In this document: piece after piece, positions 1 to 11,129 of the stretch
How the letters are laid out: the number at the start of each line of letters is the position of its first letter
Position numbering within the stretch: the first letter of the stretch is position 1
NCBI GenBank assembly: GCA_963806635.1
Contig: CAWDZA010000002.1
Location: 68,048-100,047 of the forward strand
Direction: 5' to 3'
Length of the DNA stretch: 32,000 bases
DNA from: an uncultured Chloroflexia bacterium
GTDB lineage: Bacteria; Chloroflexota; Anaerolineae; Anaerolineales; Anaerolineaceae
The notes under the pieces: model-generated
What the model saw: the letters and a program-made list of their open reading frames with translations, nothing else
Database searches by the model: none
Told to the model about the DNA's origin: nothing
Translations under genes and position numbers: made by a program

Positions 1-2274
1 CCGCGGAACTTGCCGAAAAATATCTGGCTCCGCTTTCCGCCTTCATCGACCTGATGCTCCCGCCCGGTCTCAGCCAGCATGCGGATACGCTCTATTCGCG
101 TAATCCCGGCGTGGATGCGACAGTCGTGAACCCCACGCAAAAGCGCATCCTTGGGGAGATCGAAAAACGCGGACCTCTGCGTGGCAGGCAGCTGGATGCC
201 GCCATTCCTCGGGTGGATTGGCGCCCCTCCGCCGCCGCCCTGGTGAAGGCTGGAGTACTCATCACCCAGCCGGTGCTGCCCCCGCCCGCTGTGCGCCCCA
301 AGGTGGTGCGCACGGCGCAGCTTTCCCGCCCGTTGGAGCAGGCACACCAGATGGTGGAGGATGAGCCCAGGATGGCCGCAGCAGTTCGCGCACGCAGGCT
401 CTCAGCGCTGGAATTCCTGTCCCGCGAGGCAGTCCCGGTGAGCGTTTCCTGGGTGTATGCCGCGAGCGGCACGAAGCTGGCAGATCTGGAAAAACTGGCG
501 GAACTTGGGCTGGTGCAGCTCGGAGAAACCGAGATCTGGCGTGATCCGCTGCGCGATTTGGTGGCTCCTGTCTTTGATCCTCCGGTGCTCACCCGCGCCC
601 AGGAGGAAGCCCTGGAAAAGACCGACCGCGGATTGGAAAACGCCTCCCGCGGAGGCACCCCCAAACCCGCTCTTCTGCACGGCGTGACCGGCTCGGGTAA
701 AACTGAGATCTATCTCAAAGCCATTGAGCATACCCTGGCAAAGGGCAAACAGGCGATCGTGCTTGTACCCGAGATCGCCCTCACGCCGCAAACGGTGCGC
801 CGGCTGCTCGCCCGCTTTCCGGGCAGGGTGGGGCTGATCCATTCCCGGCTCTCCCCCGGCGAGCGTTTCGATACCTGGCGGCGCGCGCGGGATGGCGCCC
901 TGGATGTGATCCTGGGTCCGCGCAGCGCGCTTTTCACCCCCCTGCCCAACCTCGGGTTGATCGTGGTGGACGAATGCCACGAAGGCTCCTACTACCAGGA
1001 TGATCTCCCTCCCTTTTACCACGCGGTGGATGCCGCCCTGGCACTTGCCCGTCTCACGAAATCCGTGATCATTCTGGGGTCAGCCACCCCCTCTGTGGAG
1101 ATGGTGCAGCAGGCCAACCTGGAAGGTTGGGAGCGCCTGGAACTACCCAATCGCCTGCTTGCTCACCGGGCGGCGATCACCGGGGAATTGCAGGCGATGA
1201 AGAAAGAACTGCCCGCTCTCGCTTACGATCAGGACGCTATCACGCTGCCAATGCCCCCGGTCTCCATCATTGATATGCGTACGGAACTGAAGGAAGGCAA
1301 CCGTTCGGTCCTCAGCCGCGCGCTGCAGGTGGAGCTTGGCGCGGTGCTGGAGCGGGGTGAACAGGCTATCCTCTTCCTCAACCGGCGCGGGTCGGCAACC
1401 TATGTCTTCTGCCGGGAGTGCGGCGCACCATCTGCGTTGCCCGCGCTGCGAGCGGCCACTCACCTGGCATGAAGATACCGCCAGGCTGACCTGCCATTCC
1501 TGCGGATACACCCGCCAGATGCCGCAGAGCTGCCCCGTGTGCGGCAGCCGGGAGATCCGCCAGTATGGCACCGGAACACAGGCGGTGGAGAAATTGGTTC
1601 AGGAACTCTTTCCAACCGCGCGCACCCTGCGCTGGGATTGGGAAACAACCCGGCAGAAGGGCGCGAACGAGATGATCCTTTCGCACTTTGCCAACCACCG
1701 CGCCGATATCCTGATCGGCACCCAACTGCTGGCCAAGGGGTTGGATCTGCCGCTGGTGACATTGGTGGGGGTGATCCTGGCGGATGTGGGTCTGAACTTT
1801 CCGGATTTCCGCGCCGCCGAACGCACGTTTCAACTGCTCACCCAGGTGGCCGGGCGCGCGGGGCGCAGCCCGCTGGGCGGCAGGGTGATCTTCCAGACCT
1901 TCCAGCCGGAGAATTACGCCATCCAATCCGCCGCGCTGCACGATTTCAACGGCTTTTTTCACCAGGAACTGGGCTTCCGCCGGGACCTGGGGTATCCGCC
2001 ATTTACCAACCTTGTAAAGGTGGAATTTCGCGAGCTGGATGCGGGAAAGGCTGAGAAAAACGCGCGGAATTTCGCCGCGCAGGCGCGGGTGTGGATCGAG
2101 GAGGGCGGCTTCAAGGCGACCGAGCTGATCGGCCCAGTTCCGTGTTTTTTCTCGAAGGAGGGCGGCTATTACCGCTGGCAGGTGATCCTGAAAGGCCCCA
2201 ACCCGGCAGGAATCCTCCGGGGCAAGCCGCTGGGGGATGCCAGGGTGGTTGTGGATCCGCCCAGCCTGTTGTAG
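1..2274 (+). CDS. priA: Primosomal protein N' (replication restart helicase PriA), 5' end outside window, disrupted by a frameshift near 1425-1440
   Basis: ORF 54..1472 (frame open from window start) has Walker A HGVTGSGKTEIYL, VVDECHEGSYYQ, LGSATPSVE, FLNRRGSATYVFCREC. ORF 1336..2274 continues with HHLRCPRCERPLTWHEDTARLTCHSCGY...SCPVCGS and GTQAVEKLVQELFP. Together they form one PriA with zinc-binding Cys clusters. Confidence 0.93.
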
Positions 2275-2289
2275 TTATTTCCGACCGAA

Positions 2290-2309
2290 GGGCGGATAGC
2301 CATCCGCCC
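2290..2309 (+). terminator. Hairpin just downstream of the priA stop (possible terminator or small repeat)
   Basis: GGGCGGAT-AGCC-ATCCGCCC, perfect 8-bp stem; no clear T-run follows. Confidence 0.4.
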
Positions 2310-2334
2310 CTACAAAGTCAACCGAATAAATGAA

Positions 2335-2359
2335 AAAGGCGGGCATTGCGCCCGCCCTT
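2335..2359 (-). terminator. Intrinsic terminator of the clpC transcript, between convergent priA and clpC
   Basis: GGCGGGC(2338-2344)-ATTGC-GCCCGCC(2350-2356). On the minus strand the stem is followed by TTTTTC. Confidence 0.7.
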
Positions 2360-2405
2360 CAGAGATATTTTCGTGTGTTTCTTTTTTTTTCGTGGTAAAA
2401 AATTC

Positions 2406-4915
2406 TTATGCCGGCTCCGCCACCTTCTCGCGCTTGACCTTCACCTTTTTCTTCTTTGTCAGGATGATCTCCCCGGCTTTATCCAGGTCGATCCAGATGA
2501 TATCCCCATCCACGAACTCGCCGGCCAGCAGTTTATCCGAAAGGGCATCCTCGATCTTCTGCTGGATCACGCGCCGCAGCGGACGCGCGCCCATTTCGGG
2601 GTCGTAACCCTCATCCGCCAGCTTATTCAAGAGCCTCATCGGTGGCTTCCAGGGTCAGGTTGTGCTCAGCCAGGCGGTCGGAAACCTTCTTCAATTCCAG
2701 GGTCACGATCTCGCGGATCTGCTCGCGATTGAGGGCATGGAAGACGATGACCGAATCCAGGCGGTTGAGGAACTCGGGGCGGAAGACCTTTTTGAGCGAA
2801 TCCAGCAGGGTCTTGCGCATGTCGTCGTACTTCTGCTGCTCCTCGATGGCTTCATCGCGGGTGAGCTGAAAGCCGAGCGAGCCCTGCCTGCGGATCTCCT
2901 CCGCGCCGATGTTGGTGGTCATCACGATGATCGCGTTGCGGAAATCCACCTTGCGCCCCTTGGCATCCGAAAGATGCCCCTCCTCCATGATCTGCAGGAG
3001 CATGTTGTGCGCCTCGGGGTGGGCTTTCTCCACCTCGTCGAACACGACGATGGAATAGGGCTTGCGGCGGATGGCTTCGGTGAGCTGACCGGCTTCATCA
3101 TAGCCGACATAGCCAGGAGGCGCGCCCACCAGGCGGCTGACGGTGTGACGCTCCATGAACTCGGACATATCCAGCTGGATCATCGCGTCTTCGCTGCCGA
3201 AGAGGAAACGGGCCAGGGTCTTGGTCAGCTCGGTCTTGCCCACGCCGGTGGGACCCAGGAAGATGAAGGAGCCGATGGGGCGCTTGGGATCTTTGAGCCC
3301 GGCGCGCCCGCGCCGCACGGCTTTGGAGATGGCCTGGATGGCTTCCTCCTGCCCGACGATGGAGGTGCGCAGCTCATCTTCCATGTGCAGCAGGCGCTCG
3401 GATTCGGCGGTGGCCATCTGCATCACGGGCACGCCGGTCCACATGGAAACCACCTCGGCGATATCGTCGGCGGTGACCACGGGGCTGGTGGAGCGTTCCC
3501 AGGTGGTGCGCATTTTTTCCAGCTGAGCGTTGATGCTGCTTTCCCGGGTCAGCAGTGCCTGGGCTTCATCCAGCCGGCCATCTTCCACCGCGGTGGTGTG
3601 GCTCTGGCGCACTTCGCGCAGCTGGGTCATCAGGTCCTTCTGGGCTTTGGCCTGCGGGGATTTATACATGCGCACCCGCGAGGAGGATTCATCGATCAGG
3701 TCGATGGCCTTATCCGGCAGGAAGCGGTCGTTGACGTAGCGGGCGGAAAGGCGCGCGGCGGCTTCGAGGGCTGCATCGGAGATCACCAGGCGGTGGTGCT
3801 CTTCGTAGGGGGTGCGGATGCCGCGCAGGATCTGGATGGTCTCCTCCACGGTGGGTTCATTGACCATGATGGGCTGGAAGCGGCGCTCGAGGGCGGCGTC
3901 GCTTTCGATATTCTTGCGGTATTCATCGATGGTGGTGGCGCCGATCACCTGCAGCTCGCCGCGGGAAAGGGCGGGCTTGAGGATGTTGGCGGCATCCACC
4001 GAGGAACCGGCAGAACCGGCACCCACCAGCATGTGGACTTCATCGATGAAGAGGATGGACTTGGTGGCTTTGAGCTCGTCGATCACGCGCTTGAGGCGCT
4101 CTTCGAACTGACCGCGGTACATGGTGCCCGCCACCAGCGAGCCGACATCCAATTGAAGGACGCGCTTATTCGACGAGCGGCCCGGGGACATCCCCGGCGA
4201 TGATGCGCTGGGCGAGCCCTTCGATGATGGCGGTCTTGCCCACGCCGGGTTCGCCGATGAGGGCGGGGTTATTTTTGGTGCGGCGGGCCAGCACCTGGAT
4301 GACGCGCTCGATCTCCATCTGGCGCCCGATCACGGGGTCCAGCTTGCCTTCCTCGGCCTTGCCGGTCAGATCCGTGGCAAGCTGATCGACCAGGGGGGTT
4401 TTATCCTTCTTGCCGGATTCCGGTTTCTGCTGGGCGGTCTTATCCCCGCTGGCGGTGGTGGCACTGCCTGCCAGGCTGTTTTCGTTGAGCACGCGGTAGG
4501 TCTGGCGCCGGATCTGCTCCTGGGTGACGCCCAGCTTGCGCAGCACTTCCTGCCCGGCATCCTTGGTGGAATGGGTGAGGGCCAGCAGGAGGTGCTCGGT
4601 GCTGATGTATTGATTGCCCATGCGGCGGGCTTCCTCGATGGCCAGCTCCAGCAGCTCCTGCGTGCCGGGGGAAAGATCGATCTTGCCCTCGCGCTGCTCG
4701 CCATATCCGCCGATGCGCTCGACCATCTCCCGCACGCGGTCGGTCTCCAGTCCCAGGTCGCGCAGGACGCGCGAGGCGATGCCTTCCTCCTCCTCGATCA
4801 AACCCATCAGCACATGCTCTGTGCCGATGAAAGGCTGGCGAAAGCTTTCAGCAGCCTGGTGGGCCAGGCTGAGGACGTGGCGGGCGCGTTGGGTGAAGCG
4901 TTCCATTCCGGGCAA
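2406..4915 (-). CDS. clpC: ATP-dependent Clp protease ATP-binding subunit ClpC, disrupted by two frameshifts (~4180 and ~2635)
   Basis: ORFs 4166..4915, 2623..4191 and 2406..2639 join in order: Clp_N repeats ([19 protein letters not shown]), [10 protein letters not shown] Walker [15 protein letters not shown]-like middle region, [45 protein letters not shown]. Confidence 0.95.
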
Positions 4916-5121
4916 GGGTCAATCCTCCTGAACGATTAAAACGGTACTTGCGGATGCGTGCCATCCTGAGCGGGAGTCTGATCTCAAGTTTTGGGTGAGA
5001 GGGGAACTCAGTCTGGCTGTGTGGAAATGATTTTACCAAAGATTGGGGAGGAATTCCAACGGAGGGTGTACAGGGAACATAAGAGATGTATAAGAAATCC
5101 CTCTCCCTCTCCGGGTGGAAG

Positions 5122-5145
5122 ACAACCCCTCCCTAGCCCTCCCCA
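5122..5145 (+). repeat. 24-nt direct repeat, copy 1, upstream of the DUF559 gene
   Basis: acaacccctccctagccctcccca, identical to 5585-5608. Confidence 0.9.
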
Positions 5146-5233
5146 AAATAAAACCGATTTTGGAGAGGGGACTGGCAGCCTCCCTCTCCATCCGAAGGAT
5201 GGGGAGGGAGTGAGGGAGGGGTAAAATAATTAA

Positions 5234-5599
5234 GTGGCCAAATCCAACCCCACCTCTTCGATCCAATCCCGCGTTCGCGAAATGCGGCACGAACCGACCG
5301 AGGCGGAAGCCAGGCTCTGGTCCCAGCTTAGAGCACATCGGGTAAATGGTATTCATTTCCGCCGCCAGCATCCGCTTGGACCCTATATTGTGGATTTCTG
5401 TGCGGTGCAGTCCAGGCTGATCATCGAAGTGGATGGCAGCGGGCATCTGGAGCAGGAAGAATATGACCGCGAACGAACGGAATTTCTGGAAACGAAGGGT
5501 TACCGTGTGCTGCGCTTCTGGAACAACGAAGTGCTGGGCGATGTGGAGACAGTGATGGGGGTGATTTTGGAGACACTGGAAAGAACAACCCCTCCCTAG
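5234..5599 (+). CDS. DUF559 (Vsr-like/restriction endonuclease-fold) protein, 121 aa
   Basis: MRHEPTEAEARLWSQLRAHRVNGIHFRRQHPLGPYIVDFCAVQSRLIIEVDGSGH...DRERTEFLETKGYRVLRFWNNEVL is the characteristic DUF559 sequence. Confidence 0.9.
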   Translation: MAKSNPTSSIQSRVREMRHEPTEAEARLWSQLRAHRVNGIHFRRQHPLGPYIVDFCAVQSRLIIEVDGSGHLEQEEYDRERTEFLETKGYRVLRFWNNEVLGDVETVMGVILETLERTTPP

Positions 5600-5608
5600 C
5601 CCTCCCCA
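5585..5608 (+). repeat. 24-nt direct repeat, copy 2; contains the DUF559 gene stop codon
   Basis: acaacccctccctagccctcccca. The in-frame tag at 5597-5599 ends the ORF. Confidence 0.9.
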
Positions 5609-5635
5609 TCCTACGGATGGAGAGGGGATAAAAAC

Positions 5636-6796
5636 CTATATCTTCCCCACAAAACGCTCGATCCTGCGTAGCGCTTCCTCGATTTGGTCGTAGGCGGTGG
5701 CGTAGGAGCAGCGCACGAACCCCTCACCCCCCGCGCCGAAGGAATTGCCCGGCACCACGGCAACGTGTTCCTCCTGCAGCAGGCGGTGGGCGAATTCCTC
5801 GTCATCCAGCCCGGTGACCGAGACCTTCGGGAAGGCGTAAAACGCGCCGTGCGGCTCCACGGTGGGCAGACCGATGCGGTTCAGCCCATCCACGATCAGC
5901 CTCCTGCGCCGGTCGTATTCGGCGTGCATCTCCTTCACGTAGGGCTCACCGCTCTTCAGGGCTTCCTCCGCGGCGGCCTGAGCCGTGGTGGGGGCAGACA
6001 TGACCATATACTGGTGCACCCGTACCAACCCCTTGATGATCTCGGCGGGTCCGGCGGCATAGCCGATGCGCCAGCCGGTCATGGCGTAATCCTTCGAAAA
6101 GCCCCCCAGCAGCACGGTGCGGCTGCGCATGCCCGGCAGGGTGGGGAAGCAGACGTGCTCCACCCCGTAGACCAGGCGGTCGTAGATCTCGTCGGAGAGC
6201 ACCACCAGGTCGTGTTCCTCGGCGATGCGGGCGATCTGCAGCAGGCTTTCGCGGCTGGCCACCGCCCCGGTGGGGTTGCAGGGGAAGCCGAGCAGGATGG
6301 CTTTGCTGCGCGCGGAAACTGCTTTGGAGATATCGGCGGGATCTACATCGAAGTTATTCTCAAACCGGCAGGGCACCTCCACCGCCGCGCCGCCCGCCAT
6401 GATGGCGGAAGCCTGGTAGCTGACGAAGCAGGGGGTGGGGATGATCATCTCGTCGCCCGGGTCCAGCAGGGCGATGGCGCACAGGTTCAGCGCCTCCGAG
6501 CCGCCCACGGTGATGACGATCTCGGTGGCGGGGTCGTAGGTGACCCCGTAGAGCTTTTTGAGGTGCGCCGAAAGCGCCTGGCGCAGGGGGAGCGTGCCGA
6601 AATTGGAGGTGTAGTGGGTCTCGTTGCGCTGCAGCGAGCGGATGCCGGCCTGCAGGACTGGCTCGGGGGTGTTGAAATCCGGCTCGCCGATGCCCAGCGA
6701 GATCACTTCCTTCATGGTGGCGGCGATATCAAAGAACTTGCGGATGCCGGAGGGCCTGAGCCCGGCGATGCGGCGGGCGATGTATTGTTCGCGCAT
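5636..6796 (-). CDS. Pyridoxal-phosphate-dependent aminotransferase, class I/II
   Basis: 386-aa ORF with SLGIGEPDFNTPEPV, FPCNPTGAV, DEIYDRLVYG, GGFSKDYAMTGWRIGY (PLP Lys motif). Confidence 0.95.
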   Translation of the reverse strand: MREQYIARRIAGLRPSGIRKFFDIAATMKEVISLGIGEPDFNTPEPVLQAGIRSLQRNETHYTSNFGTLPLRQALSAHLKKLYGVTYDPATEIVITVGGSEALNLCAIALLDPGDEMIIPTPCFVSYQASAIMAGGAAVEVPCRFENNFDVDPADISKAVSARSKAILLGFPCNPTGAVASRESLLQIARIAEEHDLVVLSDEIYDRLVYGVEHVCFPTLPGMRSRTVLLGGFSKDYAMTGWRIGYAAGPAEIIKGLVRVHQYMVMSAPTTAQAAAEEALKSGEPYVKEMHAEYDRRRRLIVDGLNRIGLPTVEPHGAFYAFPKVSVTGLDDEEFAHRLLQEEHVAVVPGNSFGAGGEGFVRCSYATAYDQIEEALRRIERFVGKI

Positions 6797-6808
6797 GAGT
6801 CTCCTGTA

Positions 6809-7846
6809 TTATTCCTGCTGAGGGATGGGTTGATCTACTTCAACGATCGAGTTATCGCCGATATTGAGCCGGCCGCGGGCGCCCTTCACGATCACATCAC
6901 GTCCGAGATGCGAGTGGGTGAGGGTGCTATTCTCCACCATTGCACCCCGCTCGATGATCGCATCGTTCACGGTCACATTGTGCATCTCCACGCCCTCCGC
7001 CAGCGAGACGTGCGGACCGATGGTGCAGCTCTCCAGCTTTGCGTCCGCGGGGATGAAAACCGGCGGGATGACCTTCACACCGGCGTGGCGGGCGGCTTCG
7101 GCGGAGTTATCGTTGCCGCGCTCCAGCAGGTAGCGGTTCGTTTCGAGGGTAGCCTCGCGCGTGCCGGCATCCAGCCAGGTCTCCACGCTTTTGGTGGTGA
7201 AGACCGCGCCTTCCTCCAGCAGAACATTGATCGTATCGGTCACGAAATACTCGCCCTTGAGCGAGATCCCGCGCCGCACCTGGTCCTCGATGGCTTTCAT
7301 CAGGCGCGCACCGGATTTGAAATAATAGAACCCCACCACCACGCGGTTGTTGTGGATATCGGCGGGCTTTTCAACCATGCGGGTCACAAACCCCTTGGAA
7401 TCCACCTCCGCCACGCCAAAGCGGCGCGGATCGGGCACTTCCTTCACCCAGGCGACCCCATCCTGCTGCACGGTGGGCAGGAAGGCGAGATCCGTCTCGA
7501 TCAGCGTATCCGAAAAGGACATGAGCATGGGTCCGTGCAGGAATTCGCGCGCCAGGTAGAGCGCGTCGGATTGCCCGCGCATCACCGCCTGGATCACGTA
7601 TTCCACGCGCTTTTCCGGGTGAACTTTTTCCATGTACTCCTTCACCTGGTCAACCTGGAACGGGCTGCAGATGAAGACCCAGCGCGCGGATCCCACCCCG
7701 GGCAGGGTATCGAACTGCGCCAGGCAGTAATCGAGGACGGTCTTGCCCGCCAGGTGGATGAGCGGCTTGGCCTTGCTCCAGGTGTGCGGGCGCATGCGGG
7801 TGCCGTGGCCGGCCATGGGGATGGCAATGGAGAATGGTTCGCTCAA
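6809..7846 (-). CDS. Sugar nucleotidyltransferase with C-terminal left-handed beta-helix repeats
   Basis: 345 aa: IPMAGHGTRMRPHTWSKAKPLIHLAGKTVLDY, GVVVGFYYFKSG, EGVEMHNVTVNDAIIERGAMVENSTLTHSHLGRDV. Confidence 0.9.
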   Translation of the reverse strand: MSEPFSIAIPMAGHGTRMRPHTWSKAKPLIHLAGKTVLDYCLAQFDTLPGVGSARWVFICSPFQVDQVKEYMEKVHPEKRVEYVIQAVMRGQSDALYLAREFLHGPMLMSFSDTLIETDLAFLPTVQQDGVAWVKEVPDPRRFGVAEVDSKGFVTRMVEKPADIHNNRVVVGFYYFKSGARLMKAIEDQVRRGISLKGEYFVTDTINVLLEEGAVFTTKSVETWLDAGTREATLETNRYLLERGNDNSAEAARHAGVKVIPPVFIPADAKLESCTIGPHVSLAEGVEMHNVTVNDAIIERGAMVENSTLTHSHLGRDVIVKGARGRLNIGDNSIVEVDQPIPQQE

Positions 7847-7900
7847 ATCTGCCTCCGGTGAAGAGATCGGGTTGTAGAAATCATTTTACCCCAGGCAGGT

Positions 7901-9610
7901 TCACTTCGCAGCGGCTTCGAACCCGGCGATCTGCTCCTCGCAGAGGGCGATCAGCTCCCCGAGGGTGCCGGCATCAAAGGCCAGGCGCGCGCCGGCAGCC
8001 TGGTAAAGCTCCGGCAGGGGGACGCTGTTGCCGAGCGAGAGCGCGCGTCGGTAGGCTTTCACCGCGCCGGCCTGGTCCTGCAGGGCGTTGCGCCAGATCA
8101 TGGTGGCGCCCATCTGCGCCAGGCCGTATTCGATATAGTAGAACGGCACCTCGAAGATGTGCATCTTTCGGTGCCAGCCGGTGACTTTTATCTCTTCCAG
8201 CCCGGACCAATCCACGCCCTGCATGAAGCGCTCCCACAGGTCGCCCCAGGCGGCATCGCAACTCCGGGGGTCTTTCGCCTGGGCGGGATGCTCATAGACC
8301 CAGTGCTGGAAGCCATCCACCACAGCCATATACGGCCAGAAGAGGATGTTGCCCTCCAGGTGCTCGATGCGCGCGCGGGCGTAATCCGCGTCGTTGTAAT
8401 ACCCGCCCTTCTCGGCTTTGAGGTAGGGCGCAGCCAGCAGCTCCATGCTCATGGATGCCACCTCGGCGATCTCCATCGGGTAGTTGAGCTGCTCGGCATA
8501 GGGCAGCTTGCCGGCTTCAAAGACGTGGAAGGCGTGCCCGGATTCGTGCAGCATGGTCTGCACGTCGTCGTGGATGCCGACCGCGTTGTGGAAGATGAAG
8601 GGCTTGCGCGCCAGGGGGAAGGTATCGCAGTAGGCGCCGGGTCCCTTGTTCTTGCGGTTCATCAGGTCCAGCATATCTTCCTTCACCATTGTGTCGAAAT
8701 AGCCACCGAGATCGGGGTCGACCTGGTGGAAGATCGAGGAGGTCTTGCGGATGAGGGTCTGCTCATCCTGGAAGGGGCGCAGGGGCGGCCTGCCGAGCGG
8801 GTCCACGTCCAGGTCCCAGGGGCGCAGGCTGGAAAGACCCATCTGCTGCTGGCGGCGGGCGTAGATGCGCCGGGCGGCTGGGACGACCGCTTGCTCGATG
8901 GCATCCCCGAACTTTTTGGCGTCCGCGGGGGTGTAATCGAAGCGGAAGAGCTTCTGCCACATGTAGGCGCGGAAATCGGTCTTACCCGCGTTCTTCGCCA
9001 GCGAGAAGCGCAGGTCGAGGAAGCGGTTCCAGAGCGCGTTGTAGGCATCCCGGTCAGCCAGCTGCCTGCTGGTTGTTAATCGCCAGGCTTTTTCCCGCAA
9101 TGCGCGGTCGGTCTCCAGGTAGACCGGTTTGAGCTGGGTGACGGTGCGCTCCTCGCCCTCCCATTGGACGGTCTGCGCCCCGATGATGGCATCATATTCC
9201 GAGATCATCTTCTGTTCCTCGGCCAGGAGGGGCAGGTTCGCTTCGCGGTAGAGATCGGCTTCGGCGCGCATGTTGCGCATCTGCACCGCATAGCCCTTGG
9301 GCTCCAATCCGCTTGCCAGCAATTTTTCCTTCAACTTCTGCTCGGCAGCCAGGTAGGCGGGGTAGATATTATCCATGAAATCATTGAACTGCCTATCGAT
9401 CTTCTCATCCGCGGTGAAGCGGGTCTTGGCAACGTAGAGGCGTTCCTTCAGCTCATAAACGCAGGAGGCCACGTCCGACCATTCCTTGAGCCAGGCATCC
9501 ACATTCGCGGGGGAGATCCCGCGCGCGGCAAGCTCCTCATAAACAGGCTGGTAGGTGGACCAGGTGGATGCAAGCAACGCTTCGGTGGATTTCGGCAGGG
9601 CAGGATTCAT
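7901..9610 (-). CDS. M3 family oligoendopeptidase
   Basis: 569 aa with zinc motif HESGHAFHVFE, GPGAYCDTFPLARKPFIFHN, FYYIEYGLAQMGA. Confidence 0.93.
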   Translation of the reverse strand: MNPALPKSTEALLASTWSTYQPVYEELAARGISPANVDAWLKEWSDVASCVYELKERLYVAKTRFTADEKIDRQFNDFMDNIYPAYLAAEQKLKEKLLASGLEPKGYAVQMRNMRAEADLYREANLPLLAEEQKMISEYDAIIGAQTVQWEGEERTVTQLKPVYLETDRALREKAWRLTTSRQLADRDAYNALWNRFLDLRFSLAKNAGKTDFRAYMWQKLFRFDYTPADAKKFGDAIEQAVVPAARRIYARRQQQMGLSSLRPWDLDVDPLGRPPLRPFQDEQTLIRKTSSIFHQVDPDLGGYFDTMVKEDMLDLMNRKNKGPGAYCDTFPLARKPFIFHNAVGIHDDVQTMLHESGHAFHVFEAGKLPYAEQLNYPMEIAEVASMSMELLAAPYLKAEKGGYYNDADYARARIEHLEGNILFWPYMAVVDGFQHWVYEHPAQAKDPRSCDAAWGDLWERFMQGVDWSGLEEIKVTGWHRKMHIFEVPFYYIEYGLAQMGATMIWRNALQDQAGAVKAYRRALSLGNSVPLPELYQAAGARLAFDAGTLGELIALCEEQIAGFEAAAK

Positions 9611-9718
9611 GGGTTAACCTCGATACTCAGGGATGAATAAATTTTACCATCCGGATGGAAAAACCTTTGTGCAGAGAAGGGGAACACCTCGAAAATTCAA
9701 AAAGATTATAATTTACCC

Positions 9719-11129
9719 ATGCCCAAAGTCCATACCCGCTTCGTCTGCCAGCAGTGCGGCAAGGTGACCTCCAAATCCTTCGGACGCTGCCCGCAGTGCG
9801 GGTCCTATGCTTCGATGGTGGAAGAGGTGGTCACGGCTCCAGCCACCTCGGCAAGAACGGGTAATTCCGCTCAGCCTGGTAAACGAATCCCCCAAGAGCC
9901 TGGCGGAGATCACCGGCGACGCGGAAGAGCGCTTTGCCCTGCCGATTGCCGAGTTCGCCCGCGTGCTGGGCGGCGGCATCGTGCCCGGCTCCATCGTGCT
10001 GGTGGGCGGCGATCCCGGGATCGGCAAATCCACCCTGCTGCTGCAGATGGCGCATGGAGGTGGCGCCCGCTGGGGAAGGTGCTGTACGTCTCCGGCGAGG
10101 AATCGGTGCGCCAGATCAAGATGCGCGCCCTGCGGCTGATGCGCGAGGAAGGCGGAGCGCAAGGGGGCGATTCCCCGAACCTGCTGCTGCTGACCGAGAC
10201 CAACCTGGATGTCATCCTGCAGCACACCGCCGAGGTGAACCCGACCTTCCTGATCATCGATTCGATCCAGACCGTTTACCTGCCGGAAATGACCTCCTCG
10301 GCCGGATCGGTCGGGCAGGTGCGCGAGTGCGCCTCGCGGCTGCGCGAGCTGGCCAAAGCCAGCGGCATCGCGGTGTTCCTGGTCGGGCACGTCACCAAGG
10401 AAGGCACCATCGCCGGGCCGCGGGTGCTGGAGCACATCGTCGATACCGTCCTCTACCTGGAGGGCGACCGCTACCAATCCTACCGGCTGCTGCGCTCGGT
10501 GAAGAACCGCTTTGGCGCCACCGCCGAGGTGGGCGTTTTTGAGATGCGCGAGAACGGCATGATCGAGGTCAGCAATCCCTCCGAGGCCTTCCTGGCCGAG
10601 CGTATGGTGAACGCCCCCGGCAGCGCCATCGCGGTGACGATGGAGGGCACCCGCCCGCTGCTGGTGGAGATCCAGGGGCTGACCAGCCCCTCGAACCTGG
10701 GCAATCCGCGCCGCACCCCCAACGGGGTGGATTTCAACCGCCTGCTGCTTGTCACGGCTGTGCTGGCCCGGCGGGCGCACCTGAAGATCTGACGACGCGG
10801 ACGTGTTCGTCAATGTGGTCGGCGGATTGCGCATCGACGAGCCGGCAGCCGACCTGGCCGTGGCGGCGGCGATCGCCTCCTCCGTCAAGGATGCACCGGT
10901 GAAGGCCGATACGGTGCTGATCGGCGAGATCGGTCTTTCGGGCGAGCTGCGCTGGGTGAGCCAGATGAATGCCCGCCTGAACGAGGCGGTCAAACTTGGT
11001 TTCAAGAGCGCGGTGATCCCGCGCAGGATCAAACACGGGGAAAAGCTGCCCCCCGGAATTCAGATCATCGAAGCCCGCTCGGTGCGGGAAGCCCTGGAAT
11101 GGGCATTGAAAGGCGGAGAAAATGAATGA
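9719..11129 (+). CDS. radA: DNA repair protein RadA, disrupted by at least three frameshifts (~9865, ~10060, ~10792)
   Basis: N-terminal zinc finger [19 protein letters not shown]; [28 protein letters not shown] (frame 3); [38 protein letters not shown]; ORF 10803..11129 supplies [27 protein letters not shown]. Confidence 0.93.

Noticed and set aside
1436-2274. Apparent programmed frameshift in priA
   Set aside because: Similar breaks occur in many unrelated genes in the window, so sequencing indel is the simpler explanation.
2662-4203. 513-aa plus-strand ORF antisense to clpC
   Set aside because: Complement of conserved clpC codons; composition is that of a shadow ORF.
5160-5225. CRISPR-like or tandem array in the ccctccc-rich stretch
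   Set aside because: No regular repeat-spacer periodicity; it is a set of imperfect hairpins and one 24-nt direct repeat.
5684-7861. 725-aa plus-strand ORF antisense to the aminotransferase and nucleotidyltransferase genes
   Set aside because: Spans two well-supported minus-strand genes and their gap; H/G/R/A/D-rich translation typical of antisense frames in high-GC DNA; no recognisable domain.
9713-11032. 439-aa minus-strand ORF over radA (and 10752..11282, 11530..12369 minus)
   Set aside because: Shadow ORFs antisense to radA and holA, which have clear family motifs.
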